Shown here in pieces: positions 25,874-37,896 of a DNA stretch of 64,000 nucleotides (positions within the stretch are counted from its first letter, which is position 1; each line of letters begins with the position of its first letter). A model generated the notes under the pieces. The model saw nothing but the letters and a program-made list of their open reading frames with translations. It ran no database searches and had not been told where the DNA came from. The DNA comes from Takakia lepidozioides (taxonomy: Eukaryota; Plantae; Bryophyta), in the NCBI GenBank assembly GCA_030704615.1, contig CM060731.1:21142001-21206000 (forward strand), written 5' to 3'. The translations under genes were made by a program, and so were the position numbers.

Positions 25874-28015
25874 CTAAACCTGTGCGTGAGTTGTGGGCTC
25901 GTACAACCAGTTTGCCAAAATTGTTTCTTTAGCAATGAAACCTGGATTCTTCTGAATCTGGTTCCATTTGTTGGTCTTCACATTGTAGGACGTAATCACA
26001 GTTGCCTTGTCACGATTTAGAAACGAAATGCAATCCATGGAAGAGACGCAATCGAACTCAGACTTCCTGAATCCGGGTATGAAGCATGAAGATAAGAGCT
26101 TTTGCGGCATTTTTGTTACTTGATGACAATCAGGCACCTCGTACAGATGCGGGATAAATCTCCAGATGTTTATTGTCGCTGGTTCTGATGCTCCTCTGGC
26201 AACTATGTACAGCTGATGGTTGCACTCTACAACTTGAGGAGATTCAACCGCAGAAGCTGGTGGCCAGTTATAAGCTTTCCAGGTTCGGGTAGCTAATCTG
26301 TACCCTAAGATTGCTGGAGCATATATACCAGCCTTCTGGGTCGCCAACTCTCCACCTAGAAATAGTGTGGGACCTTCAAAAAGTCTTGTTATGAGGGGAA
26401 GAGCCCGACCATAGGAGGTCTGGCCAGGCCGGAAGAGCTTGCCAGATGGCACAGAAAACATCCTCCATTTTTGCTTTAGAGAATTGTAAATGGCAACCCG
26501 CAGTCCTTCTGATTCTGGGCACTCTTTAAAAGGTCGATGGAGGCCTACGAGATAAATAATGTACGAGGTGGACATAGAACTGACGAGCATGTGAGCCACA
26601 GGGTTTTCCAGGTTACAGTGCGTAGGTGGCAGGATTCGAAATGTTTTAGCAATAGGATTACAGACAACAAGAAGGTGCTGCGGGGGGAATAGTGGTCCTG
26701 GAGGAGGCTGCTTCTTTTCAGCAGGCTTTACATCAGCTGGTTTTCCAGGTTTTTCATCAGCAGGTTTCTCTTCAACGGGTTTCTCTTCTTCAGCTTCCTC
26801 CTCATCAGGTTTCTTAATGGAAACCTTTTTCCCAGCTGGCTGTTTTATGGAAGTCTTTCTTTCAACAGGGGGTTTTATAGAAACTTCTTTACCAGCCGGT
26901 GTTTTGACAGAAGGTTTCTTCTCGACAGGTTTACCATCAGCAGGTTTCTCCTCTATTGGTTTTCCTTCAGGAGATTTCCCATCAGCATGTTCATCAATCG
27001 CAGGTTTTATTTCCTCGACTGGTTTTTCCTCAACAGGTTTGACTGCCAAGGGATCTACATAAGGTCGTATATCTCCACATAACAGTAAGAGTCCCCCTTC
27101 TCCTGCAAGGATCCTATTTACCTTTGGTGGGAGGAAGTTCAAAGAAGGCATTTTTACCCACTTTTTCTGGGCGCTGTGGTATGCTTGTACTTGGCGAAGT
27201 AGATCAGCTAAATTGATCACTCTTATTCCCAGTATTACTGTCGCAAACTTGATATCACCTGGGTTTGTTTGTAATTCAAGCTGTACGTATGGTTTAGGTT
27301 GAAGTTGCTGATACTTGTCATTCTCACCTCTTACTTTTAGTGAACCAATTTTTACATATGAATCACCTTCCAGCAGCTCGATTTGTACATACATATCTTG
27401 CAGGTCAATGCCTTCCAGAATAAAGTCAGTCTCGGGAAGTGTAATATACTCAAGCTCAACTGTTGCATCTAGGGACTCACCTTGTTGCTTTCCTGCCTCC
27501 TGTTTAACGTCTTTTTTTGGTTCTTGTTTTGTTTCTTGTTTTGCAGCATCACTTCCTTGTTTTACAGCCGGGTCAATTTTTACGTCACTTTCTTTTTTGA
27601 CCTTTGAAACAACTTCCTTTTGTTCTCGTTCTCTCGTGCAGAATGAACTGAGAAAGTACTCCTTTTTGTGGAAGAGGTGTCCTTGCAAGTAGGGGTTGAG
27701 ATGAGCATTAAACATGCGTTCCCTGTATGCAGGCACACATCCTACAGCAAAAAGCTTGGCAACAGGTAACTTGGACAATATAAGATCTCGCATATTATCC
27801 CTGTCTACCTGTTTTTTACTCAAATAGCTGAACCAGGCATGCCACCATGGTATGCACGTGGCTTTATTGGGTTCACGCATCAGTGCAGTCAAAGCAGCAC
27901 GAGCTTCCTGATTAGGTTCAGGACGAGGTCGTCTGCTCTCATCAGGGCCCACAAGAGTTACCTCAAACCTTTCCACAATTTTCAGCTTTACTCTCACATT
28001 CTTATCACTAGCCAT
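25874..28015 (-). CDS. Divergent F-box/kelch-like beta-propeller protein with large low-complexity insertions, single exon
   Basis: 728-codon ORF (ATG at 28015). Degenerate F-box LILSKLPVAKLFAVGCV; propeller motifs KKW.KMPSLNFLP, AGEGGLL, VVCNPIAKTFRILPP, IYNS....W, YNVKTNKW. K/E/P-rich repeat at 26700-27050. Confidence 0.75.
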   Translation of the reverse strand: MASDKNVRVKLKIVERFEVTLVGPDESRRPRPEPNQEARAALTALMREPNKATCIPWWHAWFSYLSKKQVDRDNMRDLILSKLPVAKLFAVGCVPAYRERMFNAHLNPYLQGHLFHKKEYFLSSFCTREREQKEVVSKVKKESDVKIDPAVKQGSDAAKQETKQEPKKDVKQEAGKQQGESLDATVELEYITLPETDFILEGIDLQDMYVQIELLEGDSYVKIGSLKVRGENDKYQQLQPKPYVQLELQTNPGDIKFATVILGIRVINLADLLRQVQAYHSAQKKWVKMPSLNFLPPKVNRILAGEGGLLLLCGDIRPYVDPLAVKPVEEKPVEEIKPAIDEHADGKSPEGKPIEEKPADGKPVEKKPSVKTPAGKEVSIKPPVERKTSIKQPAGKKVSIKKPDEEEAEEEKPVEEKPADEKPGKPADVKPAEKKQPPPGPLFPPQHLLVVCNPIAKTFRILPPTHCNLENPVAHMLVSSMSTSYIIYLVGLHRPFKECPESEGLRVAIYNSLKQKWRMFSVPSGKLFRPGQTSYGRALPLITRLFEGPTLFLGGELATQKAGIYAPAILGYRLATRTWKAYNWPPASAVESPQVVECNHQLYIVARGASEPATINIWRFIPHLYEVPDCHQVTKMPQKLLSSCFIPGFRKSEFDCVSSMDCISFLNRDKATVITSYNVKTNKWNQIQKNPGFIAKETILANWLYEPTTHAQV

Positions 28016-29439
28016 AGCTAGAGTCAGATCTGCAGAATCGGATGTCCACAATAAACGCAAACGGAGGTTATTGATCGCCGCACAGTGGTATGACTAGCAA
28101 TGGACCAGCAAGCAGGTGGATTATTGTGCAGTTCAAGGTGCCATACTTTATTTGGCATACCTGTAGGGCAATCAGAAGTTCAGTCTAATTTTTTTCCTCG
28201 AGGAAGAGGAGGGTAATTTGTCTCCTAAGGGTAAAGTGGGTGTGTTTCCATGTTGCCCAATCAAAAGGTTCTCAGAGATCTGCAAGAGATGCTTGACTTT
28301 CAATATGATCGGTCATCATATCCGTTTAGTCTATGGCGCATCTGAAGGAATGATCCAAAGTCAATTTGGTGGTGGACACTCCTGGAAGGAGACTATGTTC
28401 AGTGCACTAACCCTCTCTTGATTTGTGATTTGGTATTTTGCAAGTAATATGGTAGTGGATTGTCACGCCAATAAGCTATGACCAGTATGCACAATAGATC
28501 ACACGCAGAGATGCAAGATTTGAAGACATAATCGCAGTGCACGAAGAGGTGGGAGAGATGAAGAGGTAAGTAGCTTTGGTACACTCTGAATCTCAATTGT
28601 TCGCTTTGGAGGAGCGCCACATATCTGTGAAGAATCTCCACCATCTATTGTAGACAGAATGGACGAACCCTAATTAAGAAATCGTTGGTGCATACATTCC
28701 AATGGACACCACCAACGGTTTTGGTGGAAACCATAGGTTCATAACTGAAGGGTCTGGACAAAACAAGAGCTGCTGTGGACATGAGTATTTGTTTGCCCAG
28801 CATCGCCAGTACATTCAACCTCTTGAGCCAGCCTCAGATACTAGGGCCCAAACTAATACCCAGCTTAGCTCAACTTAAATGCGAAGCCCTGCAAAGAAAA
28901 GGTCCCAAATAGTAATCATCCCAAGGACCTAGCATATCTGGCCTTGGGAATTTGGTGGCATACATATCTCAGCATTTACACTTGTAATGCGGATGCGGGA
29001 TACATATATCAATCATCCAATGCTAAGCAATTTTGTGTGTAGCCACAATAGGTGGCCAAACCATGAAAGTTTTTACTAAATGCACATAAGGTCCATGACA
29101 TGCAATATAATAGAGAAGAGAATGACTGACATATTAGGACACCCCAAGGTACTAGGCGATAATTGCTTGCCTTCAGACCCCAGCAGGAAAGTGGAGATAG
29201 AAGGAATGACAAAGAAAGAAAAAAAAAAAAAAAAAACCCTGAGGCTCTACCCTCAAGGCACAATTAGAACCACATAACAAGTAAAACCAAACACGTCACT
29301 TAATTTAATAATCCTCTATTTTTAACACACACACAACCCAGTATATCTGGGAGAAAAACAACTGGCAGAGGTTCTCATTCAGCCTGATGCCCATCAATGA
29401 ACATGGACTGCGCGCTAAGAAAATGAAAGGATGAAGGAA

Positions 29440-30863
29440 GGACTTGAATTAGGGAATATATGATGACCCTAGCATACTAGCAGAATAGGGTTGGGAGGAT
29501 TTTCCATCCGAGTTAAGGTGGACAATGGTGAGATGCAAAAAATTTGTGAAATGGTATCACATCAATTGGTTGTGGCCTAACATAGGCATGTCGTGCAAAC
29601 CAAAAATAATTACGCAGAGTCTAGGCCTTGCACGAACTTGCATTTCCAGCAACGAGGGCGAAAGAGGTGCATCACACGTTGTGGGGTCAACCATTCTTAA
29701 CGGGCCAGATCTCGCACAGCTTGGCAACCATGTTGTACGTGGAGGTTATAATGTTACGTCCAGTGGAATGACAAACTGCTAACAGGAAGAAGGCCGCGAT
29801 GCAATACCTGTTCGTCGACATCCCAGACACATTTGTGCCACCCCAGCCTGTGATACTGGGCGTGCTCGATGCACAGGTGCAACAAGTATCTCGAACATTT
29901 CAGGAACAACTGGAAAAAAGAGACCAGCGAATCAGGACCCTGAAGGACGTTGTGGAATAACAAAGAATGCGCATAGCCGAGTTGAAGTGTAGATTTTAAA
30001 ACACGCCTCCAAACAATGAAGACACTGTCCACAATGAGATTAGAACAAACGACGTAGACGTGGACGCAGAGTTTACAACGTCCGATCACAGTATTGACCT
30101 CATCATTCACAGAATAATGGACATCCCTGACCCTGCGGCCAATGAAACCATGGTTGACGAACAAAGAATTGCGGATGAGAGAAGGAGAAAAAGAAAAGGA
30201 CCAGTAGTGGAAACCGAGGAATGCTCAAGGGTAGCCATTCAATCCGATACCATGTCTGATGTCGATCGCGTTACAAGAGAGCGGGACATTGCCATGACAA
30301 TTGCATGACGCTTGTCAAAAACATTAGAGATTCGGGCATGGGTGCCATTGAATGGCGATTGGGAGAATTGGGCACAATGGGCGACCCAACTGGCCTCCAG
30401 AGAAGCACGGATAGAACGCGTACCTTCAGCCTTGCAATGTGTCGCATGTATGTCAAACCGTAATGTGGAAACATTGTCCGCTTTTGAGTATATCCCAGGC
30501 CACTACGCCTTCGAGCGGGGTGACGATCTTGGTCTGAGGAGTCCATGGCTTCTGTGCATCCTTGATTCCGATTTTCCCAGCTACGACGGACACCCATGCA
30601 GAAGAATGCGCATTGCTATGCTGTTGCGGTGGAACTGCTGCCAGTGGACGTGGGTGGACTCCATCGGAGAGACGTATATTCCTGAAGGAGTGCGCTCCTC
30701 TTCTCCATTGTATGGGGACATTCGCATTGGTGTGGACGACGAAATCGTGAAGCTTTCCATATTCGATGGTGGTATGATTGAAGGGCACGACATTGTGGTG
30801 AACATCAACAGGGGCGATACAACGGCTGCACTCACCAAAACTATTTATTGTACTCATCTCTAA
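29440..30863 (+). pseudogene. Decayed intronless ORF, probably a transposon-associated accessory gene
   Basis: One reading frame from ~29586 to 30863 gives protein-like text across isolated stops at 29607, 29622, 29769, 29958, 29997 and 30306. It includes a coiled-coil segment and an RRRKRK NLS-like motif. Confidence 0.55.
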
Positions 30864-31295
30864 TGGGGTAACCTCCACTGTTAAGGTTTCCAGCATTGGA
30901 AATTACAACATGGGAATGTAAGGCCTGAAAGAAGCGTTCCACTTCTAATGACCACTTCTCAACAACAACCAATAACTGTCTTGACTTGCAATGACAGAAA
31001 CTTCATGATGACTCTTCCAGAAGGAGCTGGCAGAAGCTGGTCTTGGGTCTGATTCCATAAATGAATGAGCCATCAAGCTCTGTCACGGCTGAAACCTTGT
31101 GGCCTGCATCCGAGGTACAATCTCACTATCTCACCACCTGCAGAGTTAAGATCATTCCTGGGAGTTTGTGGACCTAGATAGAGAGTTCTGTACCAAAAGC
31201 CCTTATTTGTAAAGCAGATTGTTAAAATCTGCCCACTCCCTGAGAAAATGCAGTGCATAGTGGGTCAAAGACATACGAGTTCCTGTTCATGTGAC

Positions 31296-34200
31296 CTACT
31301 CAACCATCACAGCTGGTGTAAGACGCCTCTTCTTTCTCACCCTCTTTTGGACCTCTCTCTCCTTCTCCCTTTTCAGGGCTTGCTTGTTGATCGACTTGCC
31401 AAACAGTGATGGTGCATCTCGTAAGCCAAAGCTCTTTGCCACATGCCCAAGATGCAGTTTCCGGACCTGGAAAATGGACTTTAAGTCTCCACGGTGAGCA
31501 GCATAGGCACGTACATAAGATCGAAATGCATCCACCGCTAGCTGTCTTGCATCTGTCTGGAAAATCAAACAATGCATAAAACCCAATCAATCAAAATAGA
31601 AGGAAATCCTATGTCCCAGACCTGAACCCTCGTGATGAACAAGATCATGTCCCAAGCACCGAAAACATAAAGCACGCTCTTGCCTCTAAGAATGACACAG
31701 AAAGAACCAGCCTAACCTTCAATTGCCTTTTTGAAGGCCACCGCAGTCCAACTGGGGAATTTTCCCTACCGAGCTACAAGTCCTCTCTGCAAATTAGCAA
31801 GGAAATCTGCTGCTTGCAGCAGAGTTGACAATGTAGCAAACCCTCTGAGAAAGGATTGAAGCAGAGGACCGATCATCAGGCCCTAACCACTGAACTATTG
31901 ATGTGTGCTCTCTCTGGAAACAATATGACAACAGCTTCCTTCTAAATTAAGTAGCAGAACTTTATTTTGCAACCTAAAAGCACAAATCCACCATCAACTG
32001 GTACACAGCTATACTTAGGAAGGCTCTGTCTCTCTCTCAAACACAACCCACACCCCCCCCATTAACATACACCAGACTGTAGCTGATGTATATGGAGAGA
32101 ACCTGTGGTAACAGCTTCTCACCATCTTCTAATCAGCAGAAAGCTTTGGTCTAGGCCCTTCGTGGCAGATAGTCTATCAAATGTAGACCACTACTAGACT
32201 CGTGAAGGGCACCTCCACTCTCTAACTAGCTATTCATATAGAAACAAGGTGCTATAACAGAATCTCAAGATCTTCCAACCAGCACAAAGCTCTGCTCTGG
32301 TGTCTTAGAAGGCAAACAGGCAACTCCACTCATTCAACCTCTGCTAAACTAACTCCACTCCCTGGGTCATCTTCTTCTTCTCCACTGTCTTTCACACATA
32401 AGGGGCACACAAGTACGTGTTGCTGAAATATATGGAGAGAATGTGTGATTACAGCTTCTCACCATCTTCTAAACAGCAGAAATTTGATCTGGGCCCTACG
32501 CGGCAGATAGTCCATCATCAGATAAAATGGCCACTGCTAGACTCATTAAGGGCCTTCTATTTGTCAAACAAATAGATAAACATGTGCACAAAGACTTGTA
32601 GCTGATTATAAGGAGAGAATGCGTGAATGTCCCTCAAAATCTTCTAACAAGCAAAAAGCTTGTGGATGCTTCTATGTACCAGAAAAGGCTAGCTGATGTC
32701 TATTGGCAAGATAACAGGCTCTCGCCATCCTCTCAGCAGTTCTACGTGGCAGATAGTATACCATCAACACGACTATGCTCACCAAGGTCATCTTCTCTCT
32801 CCCCTCTCTTGGGGCTTTTCTTATCGTTCCTTGTCCCATACGTCACAAAAGGAATCTTATCTAATCAAATGACTCACACGCATAGATTGGGACTGTCATC
32901 ACCATACCTTTCCAGCAACAAAGGCCTCTAGAGCATTCTGCATTAAGGAGGCTGCTGGATGCATCTCTACTGCCATCCAAGCATCGTCTCTCTTAACCCT
33001 CCTTGACTGAAGTCCGTCCAACAGCTGTCGTACAGGGAGCTCCTTGAGCGACACACCGTGCTTGAGCAAGTCCTGCAAATAGTCCTTCTCACTAGGTTGC
33101 AAGAAGAGCACCGCTTCTCCCTTTTGACCCAGCCGGGCCGTCCTCCCTACCCTGGAGAGAATTTGATCAGATTCAGGACTGTGTAGTTTTGTAAAATTAC
33201 TTTCCCTTTTGGTTGTGTTCGGAATTCCCATCATCTCTAACCAGCACAGCAAGACCGGTCCTCTTGGTTGTGACCTAACCAGAGAAGTCATTCCAAAAAC
33301 AGCGGCCTTTAATATACGCCATTCCAAGCAAGGAGACGAAAGATAGAAGATTGAATCCAAAAACTACCTGTGCACGTATTCTGCCGCATCGCCAGGGGGG
33401 TCATATTGAACAATGCCTGAAACGCCCTGAAAATCCAATCCTCTGGCTGCAACGTCTGTGCAAAGCAGAACTGCTGACTTGGCACTCCCAAATTGGTGGA
33501 AAGTTTCAGTCCGATCTGCTTGTGCCATCCTCCCATGAAGACGGAATGTTTCACATCCCAGAAGTCCACTCTCCTCCCTCTCAGCCTCTCCTTTCCAAGG
33601 GGTTGATGACCAATGAAACCCACTGACCACCAAGTAGAGGAAGTCCACAGCATCGCATGTTGAGAAAAACACCACTAGCTGTTTGGAAGAGACAGGGAAG
33701 AAAGGTGACCAATTTACACTTCAAGGCATTGCAAGCAAGGCCGAGAGAGACAAAGACAGTCTTGATTAAACAAACGAGGTCAAATTATCCAGCCTAGATG
33801 GAATGGACACACCTTGCATGAACCATGGCCTTGGGACTTTTGTTGCAGCAGCGCCAACAAGGCAACAAGTCGCAACTTGCAAGGCACTGCAAACAGACGA
33901 CCAGGTCCCAAAATTTTAGCAGGTTGTTCAGGCCCTAAGTGATTGAGTGCATGGTCACAACAGGGTTCTCTGAACTAATGTCTTGCCAGCTGGGGAGGAA
34001 AGATTTGATCATTATTCAGCCTTGCCGTACTGCCATAGACCAATGCCACTGAGGACAGAGCAGAAGGGAACCCTGGATGGGTGGAAGGAAAGAGAGAAAG
34101 AAAGAGAGGACTTAATAATGTCCAGAGGGAGAGAGAAAATTAAACCATGTACATGCAATACAATACCCTATGCAACACAGCAGATCTCACCTAACAAACC

Positions 34201-37200
34201 AGACCCCAAGACCTCCTTTCTAACAATCATGCCCCTGTGCAAACACTATCTCAATGCACTGGAAAGAGTACCCTTAAAAAAACTTTGAACGAGCTGGGCT
34301 GGAATCTTGTACTCTGTGTATCCATCAGCAGGCTGGGGTTGCCCTGTTCCTGTTTCCAGCTTCTGGCTTATGTCCTTGGCTGGAATCGTACTGTCCAGGC
34401 CTACAGTTGCGGGTTCACTTAGACTTAGACTTGCAAGTTTTTCCACACGCTCATTCAATGTCGCCGAAAGAAGCACATGCTGCCTTTCCTCTCCCCCATG
34501 TCTAGATTGGTCTTGTTGGGGGGCTGCCGCTGAATTTCTTGAGCCTAGCAAGCTCAAAATGCTTTCAATATCCTTCTCAAACCCAAGGTCAAGCAATCTG
34601 TTTGACCCCAGTTCCAATCCAATCCCACCACCCAAAAGAAATCAATATGTGGACACCAATATTATTGAGGCATGGGGCAGCGTACAATGGTGCCAAGATA
34701 GAGTTCACCCAAATTCCAAAGCTCTTTTACACAATCCATGGACGCCTGCAGTCTAACACATAATTGCATTAGTGCATTGGCAAGCCTGGATTTCATTCTA
34801 GTTATGAGCACAGGTGGACAGGCCTGGAGGGGAATAATCTCTAGGTGATAACTCAAAACCAAGCAAACAGGTCCTCAATATTCCAATCAAAAGCTTGAGA
34901 AGAAAAAATCTGCAGGGATGATACTCCTGAGTATATGTTATCACTTGATTGTTAGTGGGTGTTTCACCTAACATTCAACATGTGAGATACTACACGAGGC
35001 TTGTTGCTTACAGTTGGAGCAACAAAGGCCCACAGGCATGACCCTACACTAGGTGTCAGACTAAGAGATGGGAGAAGACCTGTCAGCTTCATCGAAGACC
35101 AGCCACCGCAGACACTCACGCCGAAATGATGATGTGTTGCTGAGGTGGTCTAACAAACGGCCCGGGGTAGCCACCAGAATGTTGATACCTAGAGATATCA
35201 CCACCACATAAGATGAGTTGTTGTATTTAGGAAACACAGAAGTCTAACTTACACGTCATGCCACAGAGAAGGATGAAGAGAAGGGCAGAGATGGCCACTG
35301 GCATAGGTTGATGAATTCAGAAGCTGGGACCAGATCATCTATAGTAATTTTCACTTCAAAAAACAAAAGCAGAACTCTGAGAGAACCATTGCCATCTCAG
35401 TGCATAAAGACAGACCAGTACATTTACAGACCTTTGCGAAGGCGGGCTTTCTCCTTTGAGCGCTTTTCACCCCCCATGACACAGCCAGGCACCAGCCAAT
35501 GAAAGCGATGCAGCAGCTGCTCTGCTACTCCACAGACCTGCACACAAAGCTCCCGTGTTGGCACCAGCACCAGCGCTGTGCTCCCTTCTGTCAGACTCTT
35601 CCTCTGGATCTTTATTCAAACAACACTACCATTGATACAGAAGCACGGAATGCTATGCCATACTTACATGGCTTTTCTCAAAGACATTCAAAGGGCATTC
35701 TAAGGCAGAGCTGGAGATTATATGGGTCCACATTAGGGTAGACTGACACATTTAGATGTCTAATCATCATGCCCTGTGCATGATAAGAGTCAGGAAGTGA
35801 CTAATTACGTGAATTCTGGCCATATTGCCTAGTCCAGGAAGGATTGGGCTGGGCCAACAGGTCTGCAGTGAAGACCAGGTTTGTGGGTCTAATTCTCACA
35901 TGTCACAAGACTTGGTGTGTATCAGCTATCCTCCACTGGGTATGTTCAAAGAAAACTTCGATTAGTTGTACCTTACAAACTCCACAAAGTTCTGAAGTTC
36001 TCAAAGAAGGTAGTAACATACATGCAAGGAATGTCACCCCTGCTCATGGCCAAGCCGGCAATAGTACAGAGTGAAAGAAATAAACATTACAATGTCCAAG
36101 GTAGGACCTGAGAAGCCATGCTAAAAGCGAGGAAGTACTTACCCCCAAGAGGGTGAACAACTGGCAGAGACAGAGAATCAATTATCAGGAAACACAACAA
36201 AAGAGCAGAGCATTAACATACCAAAAGTGCCATCATTTCGGGAAACGCGAGGTGTGGATGCTTGCAGGGCATGGATGATGGGAGCCAGGTATACAATGGT
36301 CTTACCCGTTCCAGTTCCGGCATTCACGAGCCTGTCTTACCTCTTGTCAGGGGGAAACAATGCGAAAAAAAATGCAGGAGCACAACACAAACAGTTCCTT
36401 TGAAGTATAGTGCCTCTCTGTGTGAACCCTCTCTCCTATACCAAATAATTCAACATACTGTTAGCAAAAGGAGAAGAGAAACCTATGTCTGCATGGTTAC
36501 ACGGAAGACAAAGAGTTTTGTATCCATAGCTACACCATTCAAACTTCTCAACCGGAAGACAGCCCGTCACTGCTCCATGGTATCTTTCCTTACTCCCACT
36601 CTTTGAACTTTCCATTCCTTCATCCATAAGCTGTGAAACTCAGCAATACAGCAGCATCCATGGCCAAGTGGCCATATGCAAGCTAGATATTACAATAATA
36701 AAGTAAGGCATGATTCCCACCACTCAATATCTGATATCAGTCATGAGCTATTAAACCATTGGCCACCAAGCTTTTCATTGTATCATCATGGTTTTCCAAA
36801 AATATGTTGATCAGGCCTACTACATCACTGTCGGGAGATACCAGTATATTAAGCTCATCTCATAACTCATGGAGATCCCACAGCACAGGAGTACAAAATT
36901 AACCAACACAAGATAGTTGTATACCATGTGACTGAAAGCATCAGCACATTCAAAAAAACAAGGATACACATCACGCCCTGAAAGGACAAGAGGGATGGCG
37001 GTTTGTTGAATGTAAGTAGGTGCAGTGAAACCCATTTTGTCTGCGGTGCCCACCCACAGAAATCATCAGGTTTAGGAAAATATAGCACATCTGTCAAATC
37101 ATGGCTGCAAAAATTCAAACAAAAAAAATTAGTGGATGTGTTACCACACTTTGCCGGGGTTGACATGATTGTTACATTCTGTCCGAAATGCATGCTGGAA

Positions 37201-37595
37201 TGCAGTCTCTAGATTAGCTTGAAATGTAAAGTTTATCAGGGAATTTCTTTCTTCAAGCTTACAAAAACACAATGGAAGCAAGTCACAAATACGGAGAAGC
37301 TCAAATTCCTAATCAGAACCATCTTTCAACTCAGAGGAAAAAGGGTTGGGCGATGACCGTGGATATAGTCTGCCAGAGACGCTGAGAGACCTAAGTCATG
37401 GAATCGGCCCCCGGCAAAGACCCGATCTCCCCCCTCTGTAGTATTTGGCTCTGAATCCATCTCGTTCTCCACCGCCTCTTCACTTGAATCATCCTCTATT
37501 GACTCCTCACGATTTGAGTCTTGGGGCTGAATGGTGCCCCCCTTGTATGGACGTCGCAAAGGCCGGCTAGCCGATGTTCCGCGCTTGGATCGCAT
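31296..37595 (-). CDS. RH17: DEAD-box ATP-dependent RNA helicase 17 (DBP7/DDX31 orthologue, 60S biogenesis); exons 37595-37358, 37040-36968, 36331-36222, 35575-35432, 35188-35080, 34597-34272, 33886-33813, 33678-33368, 33151-32908, 31556-31296
   Basis: Q motif [79 protein letters not shown], and C-terminal [12 protein letters not shown]. All junctions are in phase. Start codon uncertain. Confidence 0.93.
32075..32212 (-). ncRNA. Candidate intronic box H/ACA RNA, copy 1
   Basis: On the RH17 sense strand: hairpin 1 GCCCUUC...GAAGGGC with upper stem UGGUCUA/UAGACUA; H box AGACCA (32152-32147); hairpin 2 GCUGAU...AUCAGC with upper stem GAGAA/UUCUC; then ACA (32080-32078). About 136 nt. Confidence 0.7.
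32415..32554 (-). ncRNA. Candidate intronic box H/ACA RNA, copy 2
   Basis: Paralogue of copy 1: GGCCCU...AGGGCC hairpin, H box AGAUCA (32490-32485), UGCUG...CAGCA hairpin, ACA (32420-32418). About 140 nt. Confidence 0.68.
36332..36967 (-). other. Probable U12-type (minor spliceosome) GT-AG intron in RH17
   Basis: 5' splice site GTATCCTTG. Branch-like TTCCCCCTGAC lies about 15 nt from the 3' AG with a purine-rich spacer and no polypyrimidine tract. Confidence 0.75.
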
Positions 37596-37879
37596 GGTTG
37601 GAAAGGGCAAGAAAAAACAACAAGATGTGGGACAGATACAAGGGGTGCTCTACTATACGACCACAGAAGGGGTATCAGCGTTTTGAACGAATTGCCCAGT
37701 TCAGTTAACACAATACCCATGTAAGCCTGACGGGCCACAGTACAGCAATCAGACTGGGTGCCTGTAATTGAATATCACAGAGAAACACTAAGGTAGCTTG
37801 AACCAGAGGTGCAGAACACCAAGGTTCACATGGACCAAGCACCATTCTTGCTCGCACCTCGGAAACAGAGGGTTTGTGT

Positions 37880-37896
37880 TTCAACCCTAAACCCTT
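37880..37896. promoter_or_regulatory. Telo-box-like motif between divergent RH17 and PPR genes
   Basis: aaccctaaaccct about 290 bp upstream of the RH17 ATG. Telo-boxes are common at plant ribosome-biogenesis genes. Confidence 0.35.

Larger units (their letters stand above)
32075..32790 (-). repeat. Tandem array of ~5 diverged units (starts near 32078, 32226, 32418, 32597, 32690)
   Basis: Recurring + strand motifs t(a/t)gctga..tat..ggagagaa, acagcttctcaccatcttctaa.cagca and cg(t/c)ggcagatagt, with varying degrees of decay. Confidence 0.85.

Noticed and set aside
29586-30863. Stops repaired by U-to-C RNA editing
   Set aside because: Such editing is organellar, and this nuclear stretch shows no organelle gene similarity; mutational decay is simpler.
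33166-33240. Possible box C/D RNA in a short RH17 intron (AUGAUGG...CUGA, with short complements to the U2 5' end)
   Set aside because: The C box is imperfect, the complementarity is only 7-8 nt and not adjacent to a D box, and there is no clear terminal stem.
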